DNA of 63,548 nt, counting the filler, from Ministeria vibrans ATCC 50519 (taxonomy: Eukaryota > Protista > Filasterea): NCBI GenBank assembly GCA_943704425.1. It is 9 parts of 9 records of this genome, joined end to end, with 100 filler letters (N's around TTAATTAATTAA, not from the genome) between each part and the next. Parts side by side here need not be neighbours in the genome. Positions count along the whole stretch, not along the records: positions 35,267 to 58,262 come from CALSCP010000245.1; positions 58,363 to 61,174 come from CALSCP010000859.1; positions 61,275 to 63,548 come from CALSCP010000853.1; 6 more parts are not named here. One strand, given 5' to 3'. Each line of letters begins with the position of its first letter. The first letter of the stretch is position 1. Under the pieces are notes generated by a model. That model did not search any database and had not been told where the DNA came from. It saw only the letters and a program-made list of their open reading frames with translations. Shown one piece after another: positions 51,696-63,548 of the stretch. The position numbers and the translations under genes were made by a program.

Positions 51696-53316
51696 ATGCC
51701 TACCCTGTCTAGCATTGTAACAGTCAGTGGAGAAGACGCTGAGCGCGTCGCTCTTATCATCCCGGATGCGTCGTCGGTTGCCCAGTTGTCATACAGCGAA
51801 CTGTCATCGAGAGTTCAACAACTCGCCAAAGTTGTGACCAGTCGCGTCGATCGTGGGGCTCCTGTTGCGCTGGTGCTGCCCAATGGCCCTGCCATGATCA
51901 TGTCGTTTCTTGCAGTCGCATGCTCGCGTCGCGTATGCGCTCCACTCAACAGGTTGGCGTGATTATGAGACATTGTGCGTGATTGACCGATAGTGTGATT
52001 GTTTCCACAGCGCATACACAACGGACGAGTTTGAGTTCTACCTGAGCGACGCCGGTGCAGCAGCCGTGTTCATTCCTGCTGGGCTGGCGGCGCCGCACGC
52101 AGTCGAAGCGGCCGCCGCTAAGCTGGGAACTCCCGTGTTTACGATTGGCGTGGATGTGGCCGCGTCGTGGACTGTGACGCTTGCTGAGCGTGCCACGGGC
52201 AACGTGATTGCATTTGGCGACGGCGAGCATGGTGAAGTGCCCGTGGACGACGACGAAGTGATGTATTTGCACACGAGTGGCACAACGGGACGACCCAAAT
52301 TGGTGCCGCTGTCGCATGTGAATCTCATGACGACAGTGCACAATATCATTGAGACGTACGAGCTGACAGCGAGCGATCGCACGCTCCTGGTCATGCCGCT
52401 CTTCCACGTGCACGGTCTTATGTGCGGCCTGTTGTCCACCTTGAATTCGCGTGGCGGTGTCATCCTTCCGCCTACCGGCAAGTTTAGCGCGTCGCTCTTT
52501 TGGTCTCAGGCAATTGCAGGCGGTGCAACGTGGTTCACGGCCGTGCCGACCATCCAGCAGATTCTGCTGATGCGCGCGGCCGACGACTACGATGCATCGC
52601 GGGTACCGGCCCTGCGCTTCATCCGCAGCTGCTCGGCGAGTCTTGCGCCGTCGGTGCTCGAGGGACTGGAACAGACGTTTGGCACAGTGGTGTGCGAGGC
52701 GTACGCCATGACCGAAGCGGCCCACATGATGACAAGCAACCCGCTGCCCAAGCATGGGCGTCGCAAGCCCGGGACGGTCGGGCGGGGCACCAACGTAGAG
52801 GTGGTCATTCTCGACGACCAGTGTGCTCCCGTGGCCACCGGCGCCATTGGCGAGGTCTGCGTGCGCGGGCCCAACGTCACCAAGGGCTACCGCAACAACC
52901 CCACAGCGAATGCGACTGCCTTTGCCGGCGGCTACTTCCACACGGGCGACCAAGGGTTCCTCGACGCCGACGGCTTTTTGACGCTCACAGGGCGCATCAA
53001 GGAGCTTATCAACCGCGGCGGCGAGAAGATCTCCCCGCTGGAGGTCGACGCCGTTTTGCTGGCACACGAGGACGTTGGCGAGGCCGTGTGCTTTGCGGCG
53101 CCTGACGCACACTACGGCGAAGTAGTCAATGCGGCCGTCGTGGCTAAGCCAGGCCGGACCCTCACCGACGACTCCGTGCTCACCCACTGCCGAAAGTCCC
53201 TTGCCCCCTTCAAGGTTCCCGTTCGTCTCTTTATCACCGATGATTTCCCACGCACTGCCACCGGAAAGATTCAGCGTCGCATTGTCTGTGCACACTTTCT
53301 CAAAGCTGACAAATAA
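51696..53316 (+). CDS. Acyl-CoA synthetase, oxalate--CoA ligase (PCS60/AAE3)-like, two exons
   Basis: LHTSGTTGRPK, PLFHVHGL, FIRSCSASL, EAYAMTE, RIKELINRGGEKISP, TATGKIQRR. Confidence 0.9.
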
Positions 53317-53488
53317 AAACTTACGTTAAATACGTTGCGACTTGCGACTGCCGAGTTGCATTCTTTTCCATGAAATAATGCATTTTTTTTCCTGTTAACG
53401 TTTTGTACTTTAAGTGCTGTTCAGTCATTAATAATTAACAAACTTACTACTTAGTAAAATATTTAGTTTTTAGTCATACTTTTTCGAT

Positions 53489-54393
53489 ATGATTTCAGAA
53501 CAGGGCCAACGAGACGTCACATTACTGCTGAGTATTGCATGTGTGTTTTGGGTGCTACGCCAGATCCTAGAGCAAGTGCTGCTGCGCGCCAGTCGCCACT
53601 ACAGAGAGTTGGAAGAGGACAAACGACACCGCTTCGATTTGTACGTCCTGAGCCTCATCAACGCCGTCGCCGTCTCGGCTGTTAGTGTGTACACCATTAT
53701 TACGAACACCTACACCGCCTGGAACGGCGGCTTTGTCGCTGGTGCCTTTGTTGGAGGCTATGTGGTACGAAACAGAATTTTTCGTTTCGTTTCTTCTTTT
53801 CCCTTCTTTGAACGTCCGTTGCGTAGCTCCACGACTTCTGGGCGACGCGTAATGTCTGGATGGCATACCCGTAAGAGAATTCCTTCCATCTCGCACTCAC
53901 CTCCGTCTCCGTCAAGTTCCAGAGAGAAATGCATTTCTTATTTGTTGATCTCTTTCTATACTTTTCCCCCCCAAACAGATCTGACTGTCTGCATCACATC
54001 ATCAGTCTTGTGATTGCGTTTGGCATCACGGCGACCCAACCTGACTGTGCACCGATTGTGCCTCATTTTGGTCTACTGGAGGTCAGCACAATTTTCCTCG
54101 ACATCCTGTGGCTTCTGCGCGAGCTCAAGGTCGACACGCCCTTCTTCGTTCGCCTCAACGAGCTTCTCTTCGCCCTGGCATTCTTTGTCTTTCGCATTCT
54201 CTACTTGCCCTATCTCATGTACCGCTGTGAGACCGAGTTTGTTCACATGTTTGGTGACAGCTACGCCATGCAGTGCGTCCGAGTGGTCCTCTATGGTCTC
54301 GTCCTCCTCCAAATCTATTGGTTTCGCCTCATCTGGCTTAAGTTTGTCTCCAAGACGAAGCCGAGCAAGAAGGCTGCCAAGAAGGCTAACTGA
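53489..54393 (+). CDS. TLC domain membrane protein, multi-exon
   Basis: SLINA, LHH, LLEVSTIFL, FALAFFVFRI, QIYWFRLI, C-terminal KKxx-like tail. Confidence 0.8.
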
Positions 54394-54426
54394 CCAACAG
54401 AGAGAGAGAGACAAAGTGATAGAGAG

Positions 54427-54500
<74 letters not shown>

Positions 54501-55028
54501 AGAAGAAGAAGAAGAAGAAGAAGAAGAAGAAGAAGAAGAAGAAGAAGAAGAAGAAGAAAGAAAGAAAGAAGAAAGAAAGAAAAGAAAGTGATAGAGAGAG
54601 AGAGATGTGTGATGTGACCTAATGTACTAAAGCTGAAACAATTGAACAATTGTGACAGACTCTACTACGTGAGTGTAGTAATCAGTGATAAACTCATGGC
54701 CTCATTATCATGGGTACTTTTTGTACCCCATGCATTACGTGGGGGGGTTTTTTTTTGTTTTTTTTGTTCTCGAAAAAAGAAAATAATTACAAGGAGAAGA
54801 ATTCAACCCATTTATTCATGACAGTCACCAGGATCAACAACAAAAGCACAAGTGCAATCGCTATCCAGTGAAGCAATTGCAATGGTACGCCAGAACCCCC
54901 AGTGGGGGCTTAGTGCTCTGACAAGCATGAAGCAGCTGTCTCACGAGTAATTGAAACGAGCGATCAGATATTGCTCGTATCTATAAATAATGTTAATAAT
55001 ATTCAGTTTGAACTTCCTCTCGTGTAAA

Positions 55029-57187
55029 ATGTTTCGCCGGTTTGCCCTCGCCATTCTCCTTGTCAGTATATTTGTTCCCATTGCAACATCCAGTTCAGAA
55101 GTCACTGTTGACAGTAAGCACAAAAAGGAATGTTTCAAAAAAAAAAAGGAAAAAAAAAGTTGTGCTGAACATTCTTTCGCGTTTTACGTAGACGGGGTGT
55201 GTACGATACACGGCGGGCCGCTCCGCATCCGCACGGGGCTTCTGGACAAGTCCAAGCTCGAGCAGCTGTGTCCGTGCGAGCGCATCGTCGGCTCACTGAC
55301 CATTCCGCTCCACCCCGCGTACGCCCACACCCAGCGCCCCTTGCGCCCCCGCTTGTCGCCCCACCCCTATTGCATCTCTTTCTTGCCCAATTCACCGTCC
55401 CACCGTCTCCTCTCGTCGACATTTCCCGGTCGAGTTCCTTTTTTTTTTATTAAATTTATTCTATTTAATNNNNNNNNNNNNNNNNNNNNNNNNNNNNNNN
55501 NNNNNNNNNNNNNNNNNNNNNNNNNNNNNNNNNNNNNNNNNNNNNNNNNNNNNNNNNNNNNNNNNNNNNNNNNNNNNNNNNNNNNNNNNNNNNNNNNNNN
55601 NNNNNNNNNNNNNNNNNNNNNNNNNNNNNNNNNNNNNNNNNNNNNNNNNNNNNNNNNNNNNNNNNNNNNNNNNNNNNNNNNNNNNNNNNNNNNNNNNNNN
55701 NNNNNNNNNNNNNNNNNNNNNNNNNNNNNNNNNNNNNNNNNNNNNNNNNNNNNNNNNNNNNNNNNNNNNNNNNNNNNNNNNNNNNNNNNNNNNNNNNNNN
55801 NNNNNNNNNNNNNNNNNNNNNNNNNNNNNNNNNNNNNNNNNNNNNNNNNNNNNNNNNNNNNNNNNNNNNNNNNNNNNNNNNNNNNNNNNNNNNNNNNNNN
55901 NNNNNNNNNNNNNNNNNNNNNNNNNNNNNNNNNNNNNNNNNNNNNNNNNNNNNNNNNNNNNNNNNNNNNNNNNNTTTTTTTTTTTTTTTTTTTTTTTTTT
56001 TTGGTGGGAGAGAGTTGACAATTTTCTTTTTCACTCCTTAGACATTTCCGAGTGGGAACGCAACGCAATGGAGGTTCATGTGGCGAGTCCGTTCAACGTA
56101 CAGGCTGCGTACATGTACCCGAGTGATCTCAACGGGACAGTAGTCGCCGTCAATGTTACCGCCATTGCGTATGTTTCGATTCGCCGTTTACTCTGTTTCT
56201 CTTTTTGTTTGACCTGAACTCGCTTTTGTTTTCGTAGGTTTAGTGTGGATGGCAAGAATCAGACAGCCTACTCGGTGATGGTGGCGCTTGACTCGACAAC
56301 CGAGGCGCATTTCCACACCAAGTACCCTGTGGACGTGCCCATGAGCGGCGGCGCCTTGGGTGCCGTCACAGTACTTGTGCAGTTCGTCTGGTACACGGGC
56401 CAAAGCGCGACGCATACCTTGTTGGTGTCTCAGGGCGTGTCATCCCTTGCTCCTAATGTCATGCCGGAGACATACGATTTTCTCATGGTCGCCTTCAACT
56501 CTTACCAGTTGACCGCCTACGCTGCGACCAACCTTGCGCCCAACAACACCCTCCGCATCTTCATCAACAGCCCTGACAACTCGGTTCTTGCCGAGATTCA
56601 CGAGTGCACACATATCACATCGTACACCCCTGACGAATACCCTCGTGCACCCAAATTGATCGACATCCCCGAGCCTTTTCAATGCTCCTTCACTCTCGAC
56701 GACGTAAGCAACATCTTACCCTCTTTATCACCTTCTTCGGTCTCTCATTTCCTTTTCCTGTTCTCTTCTTACACAGAGTTTTCCTCGTAACGCGAAAATT
56801 GTCGCAGAGTGGTGCAACCGAGGGGAGTCTTCTGCCTCGTACTGCCACACCAGCCAATTGGGCGTCTACAACCCGCCCACGTCGCATTCGTCGCGCACCG
56901 CCGTCATTGTTGGCTCTGTCATGGGCTCATTGGTGGCCGTGTTGGCGCTTGTACTCATCCTTGGAGGCCACCACTTCTTCTGTCAAGCCGTAGCCAGCAT
57001 CCGTCGCAGACCACTGCATACTCCCAACCCTCATCCAGCCCTTATTGTGGACGGAGAAGGCACTTACACTACCATCCGGCCGTTGATCACCGACATTGAA
57101 TCGTACGACGTTCCTTCTTCGCCCCAAGGCCTGCACACCAACGAGAGAGTACCGTTCTTACAGGAAGAGGACCGAGATCACCAATAA
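55029..57187 (+). CDS. Uncharacterised type I membrane protein spanning a 505-N gap
   Basis: Signal peptide MFRRFALAILLVSIFV, CPCERIVGSLTI (L-domain-like), internal exon ~56240-56703, TM VIVGSVMGSLVAVLALVLILGG. Confidence 0.4.
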
Positions 57188-57348
57188 GTGTTTTTTTCGG
57201 AGTTTTTCAGTCATTTCTTTTCACCTTCCTTCCCGTCACTGTACTAGTACAACCAATAAGCATAATAAATAATAATAACAATAAAAATAATAATAATTTT
57301 TTTTTTTACAAAAATATACAAAAAAATATTATTATTACAAACCGTCGA

Positions 57349-58025
57349 CTACTTTGAAGTCATCTGGCGGATGCCCTGCCAGTCGGGGGGCGGAGGCGCC
57401 AAGAGGTAGGCGCGACAGGCGGTAGCGTGCTGACTTCCCGCAATGTCGGATGGGTGGGCGTGCAGGTACTCCTCAAAGTGCGTAAGAGCGTTGCGGAAGT
57501 CGCGTTGGAGGTACTCGTTCCAGGCTAAATAAGAGCGAAAGAGAGACGGGTGAGCGAGTGTGTTTTCTGTATGAGTGTGTCTTGGTGTGTCACCTGTGTG
57601 GAAGAGCAGAGCGTGTTGTTCCTGTTCGCGAGTCGCTTTGCCTTCCTCACAGATCAACTCGTACACACAAACGGGGTTTGACTTGCCCTTTACAGCAACC
57701 TAACAAGTGTGCGTGTGTGAGGGAGTGAGGGAGTGAGTGGGTAAGTGAGTGAACAAGACTTTCATTTACCATGTCGAGCGGACGGGTGACAAAGTAGGGC
57801 GCAACGAGACGCTGAGTGACTTCGCTGATCATCACAAATGTCCCGTATTGTTTGTTCAGCGCTTCCAATCGCTACAAAGAGAGACAGAGCAACAAAGCGA
57901 CAGAAAGAGAGTCAGAAAGAAGGAGAGAGTGGAGTGATGGGTAGAGCTACCGAGGCAAGATTGACATTATCGCCAATTGCAGTGTAGTTAAGACGACTCT
58001 TCGAGCCAAAATTACCCACAATAGC
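57349..58025 (-). CDS. Class III adenylate/guanylate cyclase, 3' part
   Basis: IVGNFGSKSRLNYTAIGDNVNLAS|RLEALNKQYGT, VKGKS.PV.VYEL, PPPDWQGI...SK*. Confidence 0.85.
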
Positions 58026-58195
58026 CTAAACAGATAATAAATAGGTTAAAAAGTAAATAAAATCAATGAGAAGTAAAAAGAAACGAAATAAGAAAAAAAT
58101 GAAGAGAGAGAGAGAGAGAGGAAAAAGCCACAAAGAAATAGAGAGAGAGAGAGGAGAATGAAACAAAGTGATAGTGAGTGTGTGCGTGTGCGTGC

Positions 58196-58262
<67 letters not shown>

Positions 58263-58369
58263 NNNNNNNNNNNNNNNNNNNNNNNNNNNNNNNNNNNNNN
58301 NNNNNNTTAATTAATTAANNNNNNNNNNNNNNNNNNNNNNNNNNNNNNNNNNNNNNNNNNNNCTCAAAA

Positions 58370-58488
58370 GGGTGCAGTCTGCGAGTGGGGTGCAGTCTGC
58401 GAGTCGAAATTATGAAAGGGTGCAGTCTGCGAAAAAGGGTGCAGTCTGCGATTTAAAAATTTCAGGGGGTGCAGTCTGCGATTTGCCC
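58370..58488. repeat. Five copies of GGGTGCAGTCTGCGA ending in TTTGCCC; probable DNA-transposon terminus
   Basis: Copies at 58370, 58388, 58418, 58437 and 58467 with variable spacers, at a contig edge. Confidence 0.6.
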
Positions 58489-58620
58489 TGTTTTGAGTCT
58501 ATATTTCTTTTCTTTAATAAAATAATCTAACAAACCTTTCTTTGACCAAGCTTTCGTGTAGCTCTCGTACTCTCTGAGGTTACAGTAGTCGCAACTATCT
58601 GTTCCCACTGTTTTCTTAAT

Positions 58621-60483
58621 ATGAGAATGATGGTACGACTCTTGTTCGTCTTCGTATTCATTGCATCGGCGGGTTCTCAAATCTGTGATGGCGGCTGCAA
58701 TGAAGCGAACAATGGCGGCGAGTGTGCGGAAGAGGGCGAGTACTGTACTTGTAACCCGGGCTGGTGGGGCGACAACTGCGCGTACTCGATGTGCCAGTCG
58801 TCGCCATGCACGTCGTATCTTCAGTGTATACCCTACGTTCTCGACGAAGAGTATGGCGCTCGGTGCGCATGTCCAGCGCATCTAACTATCTCTCAATGTA
58901 CCGCACAGCTGTGCTTATCATCCCCTTGCTCCAACGGTGGAACTTGTGTCCGCAACAACGGCGACGATAGCGTTACATGTGAATGCGCGCCGCCATTCGA
59001 TGGGCCGTTTTGCCTCGAGCAACCATGTGAGTCAAACCCGTGTCAGAATGGCGGCACCTGCGTTCTAGGCGTCGGCCTTTCAGAGCCAGTATGCTTGTGT
59101 TCGTGGTATCACTTTGGCACGTTTTGTGAAACGGCCATTTCGCCAACGCATAACTGTGCATTTGATGCGAACCCTTGTGACGGCTTTATAGAAGCCTGCT
59201 CACGGACGAGTGGCAAGTGCGACTGCCCAGGAAATGTATTTGGAGCGAGTTGCCAACTGCATAATCCATGCGACGCCACTCTCTGCCGCAACGGTGGCAC
59301 TTGCTCCCAGGTGGGCAACACCAACACCGAATCGCTCAGCTTCGCGTGCTCATGTCCTGAGTTTGTCACTGGACAACAGTGTGAAACAGTTATGGTGACG
59401 CCATGTGACTCGTCGCCGTGCCAGAACGGCGGCACCTGTATCGTCGATGGCAAGGTGCCTGGCAACATGACTTTTTTCTGCGAGTGCGACGTCAACTTGC
59501 ACGTCGGCGCTCTGTGTAACAAGCCGAATCCTTGCCTGTCACAGCCGTGCACCAACGGTGGCTTATGCTTGCAGGGTGGTATTTTATGGGACGAGTACAC
59601 TTGCGAGTGCCCCAGGCCTAGTCTTAGAAGCAACGGCCCTGCATTCGGCGGCCTGAACTGCGAGGAGGTTGTGCCGTCGCCGTGTGAGTCGTCACCGTGC
59701 CTTAATTACGGATATTGCTTCACAGAGCAATTCTTTTCCGGCAACAGCAATAATTTCACACTCGGTTTCCGCTGCGAGTGCCTTTCGAACAGTTTTGGCG
59801 AGCTGTGCGAGTCAGTGACGCCGTGCCGTAGCGCGGTGTGTTTCAACGAGGGCACGTGTTACATGGATGTGTGTCACAACGGAGGTACCTGTGACAGAGA
59901 AGGGACATCTTACAGGTGCAACTGTTCGCCCTACGCGCGTGGTAGTCACTGCGAGGTGCAGTCACCGTGCATCCACATCTCATGTCTCAATGGGGGCACA
60001 TGTTTTTGGGCGGCTTCTGGGACGGCGTCCTGCACATGCGTGGTGCCTTATGGTGGCACCGATTGCTCGGTCAACTCAGTTGCGTGCTCAGCCAGCGGCT
60101 CGATGGCGTGTCAGAATGGAGGGCAGTGCGACAACGACCGCTGTACCTGCTTACCTTGTTTCACTGGCACGCACTGCGAGCAACTCATTAGCGATACGCC
60201 CCAGTGCACCCCGTTTGTCTGCGACAGCAGCGGTGGAACGCCCTGCAACGCAGACCCAAACGGCATTGATCCCCTTTGCTACTGCCCACAACACAAGGCG
60301 GGCAGCAGCACACTCTTTGTCGTTGTCCTGGTATGTGTGCTCGCCGTCATCTTCATCATTGCTGGTGCGATTGCCTGCGCGCTCTACCGCCGCTCCCGCT
60401 CTAATACAAGTGGCACGACCAATAAGTTCCTCCTCGAGAATCTCGTACAAAATGAGATGAGCGACTCAGTCGATTGGGAGTGA
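58621..60483 (+). CDS. EGF-like repeat type I membrane protein (intronless)
   Basis: Signal peptide, many PCxNGGTC...CxC...GxxC units, TM LFVVVLVCVLAVIFIIAGAIACALY, short tail. Confidence 0.9.
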   Translation: MRMMVRLLFVFVFIASAGSQICDGGCNEANNGGECAEEGEYCTCNPGWWGDNCAYSMCQSSPCTSYLQCIPYVLDEEYGARCACPAHLTISQCTAQLCLSSPCSNGGTCVRNNGDDSVTCECAPPFDGPFCLEQPCESNPCQNGGTCVLGVGLSEPVCLCSWYHFGTFCETAISPTHNCAFDANPCDGFIEACSRTSGKCDCPGNVFGASCQLHNPCDATLCRNGGTCSQVGNTNTESLSFACSCPEFVTGQQCETVMVTPCDSSPCQNGGTCIVDGKVPGNMTFFCECDVNLHVGALCNKPNPCLSQPCTNGGLCLQGGILWDEYTCECPRPSLRSNGPAFGGLNCEEVVPSPCESSPCLNYGYCFTEQFFSGNSNNFTLGFRCECLSNSFGELCESVTPCRSAVCFNEGTCYMDVCHNGGTCDREGTSYRCNCSPYARGSHCEVQSPCIHISCLNGGTCFWAASGTASCTCVVPYGGTDCSVNSVACSASGSMACQNGGQCDNDRCTCLPCFTGTHCEQLISDTPQCTPFVCDSSGGTPCNADPNGIDPLCYCPQHKAGSSTLFVVVLVCVLAVIFIIAGAIACALYRRSRSNTSGTTNKFLLENLVQNEMSDSVDWE

Positions 60484-60712
60484 GGATAAGACGCAATGAA
60501 AATACTCCTTTTCCTTGCATGCAATTAATGTCTCACTTTCTCGATGCTCTTGTCGTATAGTTGCTTCGTAAGTGGTGTTTTAACCATCAGTCTGTGTCAT
60601 TTACACTGATCATTGGCGTGAATCGGTTCTGTTCGACGAAGAATCCACATTTAATCCCACCACTCAGGCACTGTCTTCTCTTTCTCTGTCTGCCCGTCCC
60701 AATCTGCCTGTA

Positions 60713-60779
<67 letters not shown>

Positions 60780-61396
60780 CATGGGAGGACAGTGGCAGGC
60801 CAGAGTGCTGCGTCGTCGCTATTCAGTGAGGCAATTGCAATGGTACGCCATACCCCCAGTGAGGAACCAGTGAGGGCTTACTCCGGCTCAGGGCTCTGAC
60901 ACCATGGAGGTGTCTGTCGGCAGAAGTTCTCCCCCAGCTGGCCAGGGGCGACGGCCCGCGCTGGGAAAAGATACGCTCGTTTGCTGCCTGAGTGCCCGCC
61001 TGCCTCCAACGGAGTTCATCCTCAGAGCGAACAATCGATTGATTGCAGAATGCAGTGCGATATTTAAGCAAAACACAAAACAACGCTGAGAGTGTCGAGG
61101 GTACGTCATCAATAATTGTGCCAGAACACAGAGAGCAAACGACTGGCGCAAAAAGCTCCGCGTTGTGACAAGGGNNNNNNNNNNNNNNNNNNNNNNNNNN
61201 NNNNNNNNNNNNNNNNNNTTAATTAATTAANNNNNNNNNNNNNNNNNNNNNNNNNNNNNNNNNNNNNNNNNNNNGGGGGGGAGGGGGGGACAAGGCAACA
61301 GAGAGGGTCGGAGAAACAAGGCGATAGAGAGGGAGGGAGAGAGAACGAAACAAAGTGATAGAGAGCGACCTGACTCACTTTGGTTTTTGTATGCAG

Positions 61397-62166
61397 TTTC
61401 GACTGAAGAATTTTGACATGGTGATTGTGTACAAAGACTATGCAAAGAACCCATCACATATCAAGATGATTCCGATGAACATGCACGAGGGAGTCAAGGC
61501 GTGGCTCAAATCGACGGGCACAGTTTATACAGAAGGTGCGCGAGGGCGTGTGTGTGCGTGTGTGTTCTAATTGGGTTGGATGCGGATGTTGACTGGTGTG
61601 TAGGTCCTGTGTCGCTGAACTGGGTGAACGTCATGAAGCAGGTGCGATTGGACATTGAGGGATTTCTGGAGGAAGGTGGCTGGACCTTTTTGCTGCCGGA
61701 AGAGGAGGTAATCGAGTTTTATTATAATAATAATAATAATAATAAATATTTTATTTATAATTATTATTATTATTATTATTATTGACGTTACTATTGTTTT
61801 TTTTTGTTTTTTTGAAAGGGAGAGGGAGAAGAAGACGGAGAGAGCAGTGAAAGTGAGTTTGAGGTGGACAGCGACGACCTTGACGACGACGGAGGGTCAT
61901 CGGAGGACTATTCGTCGGATGAGGAGAGCGATTCGAGTGAGGGGGAGGAGGAGAGCGATGAGGAGGAGAGCGATGAGGAGGAGCAAGAGCGCAGGGCAAA
62001 ACGAGGTACAACCAATGAAACTCAATTGTGCAAGATGAGTGTTGATTGTGTGTGTGTGTGTGCAGAGGACGATGAACGGTTTGGGCAAATGGACGAGAAC
62101 AGGGGCATGAAGCGCAAAGGCGTACCAATTGAGGGCAAAGGGAATGTCAAGAAGGGCCGACACTGA
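61397..62166 (+). CDS. SPT16: FACT complex subunit SPT16, 3' part
   Basis: LKNFDMVIVYKDY, EG|PVSLNW..VMK, FLEEGGWTFL, acidic tail. Confidence 0.9.
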
Positions 62167-62489
62167 AGGCCCAATTTTTCAATGCGTGACACAGAGTGAG
62201 TGAGTGTGCCAGTGAGTGAAAAGGAAATCTCTTGTTGTTTTTTTTCTCTCTATATTTTTGTTCTTTTTCTTTTTTTTATGTTTCTTTCTTTTCTTTTTTC
62301 ATTTTTTTGTTTCCTTTCTTTTTCGGTTTGTTTTTTGTTTGGGTTCACACGCATAGGGTGCACAAGACAAATATGGTGTAAACACAAACACGAATCAAAT
62401 GGGACTGGGAATAGTACAGAAAAACAAAGAGGGAATAGAGAACAGGCTAAAATGAGAAGAGCTGAAAGAAAAACAGATCGAGTAGAGGG

Positions 62490-63417
<928 letters not shown>

Positions 63418-63548
63418 GCAATGACACACACACACACACACACACACACACGACATGAGATGGCCCGGTGGCGACCATGCGAACGACGCGTCGACAGCGA
63501 CACACAGAAGACGACGAAAACGACTCCGCACTCACTCCGCCCTGCGAA

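Noticed and set aside
54400-54605. ORFs made of (GA)n, (GAA)n, (TAA)n and (CA)n runs here and elsewhere
   Set aside because: Microsatellites in introns and UTRs
58370-58481. Possible CRISPR-like array
   Set aside because: Repeat is only 15 bp, spacers are 3-15 bp, the context is eukaryotic and there are no cas genes

Overview
Eukaryotic, intron-rich DNA from a protist, probably flagellated and opisthokont-related (ROCK-type kinase, IQUB, EGF-repeat membrane protein). The window is not one locus. It is 9 pieces joined by 100-bp N44-TTAATTAATTAA-N44 linkers (at 16416, 20799, 25028, 27169, 30482, 35167, 58263 and 61175), so adjacency across linkers means nothing. Most pieces carry housekeeping genes: TLC proteins, ferredoxin, dipeptidase, RPS28, NAD-GDH, tRNA-Gly, cathepsin B, uridine kinase, oxalyl-CoA ligase-like protein, adenylate cyclase, SPT16 and PABPN1. 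There is also a SecA-like giant ATPase and a caspase-like/NB-ARC/TPR NLR-type protein. The standout is a ~12.6-kb endogenous Polinton/mavirus-like virus (35482-48118), with terminal inverted repeats and a 5/6-matching 6-bp TSD, inserted in the host IQUB gene. It keeps an intact rve integrase with a chromodomain. Its SF3 helicase has a nonsense codon and its pPolB appears fused in frame to the C-terminal half of a capsid protein. It also carries a catalytic-core-less integrase paralog, two unrelated ORFs sharing near-identical 5' and 3' flanking modules (cassette-like), and a ~2-kb cargo with predicted spliceosomal introns encoding a membrane-anchored R-S-E ADP-ribosyltransferase. All family assignments come from motifs read by eye; no database searches were run.
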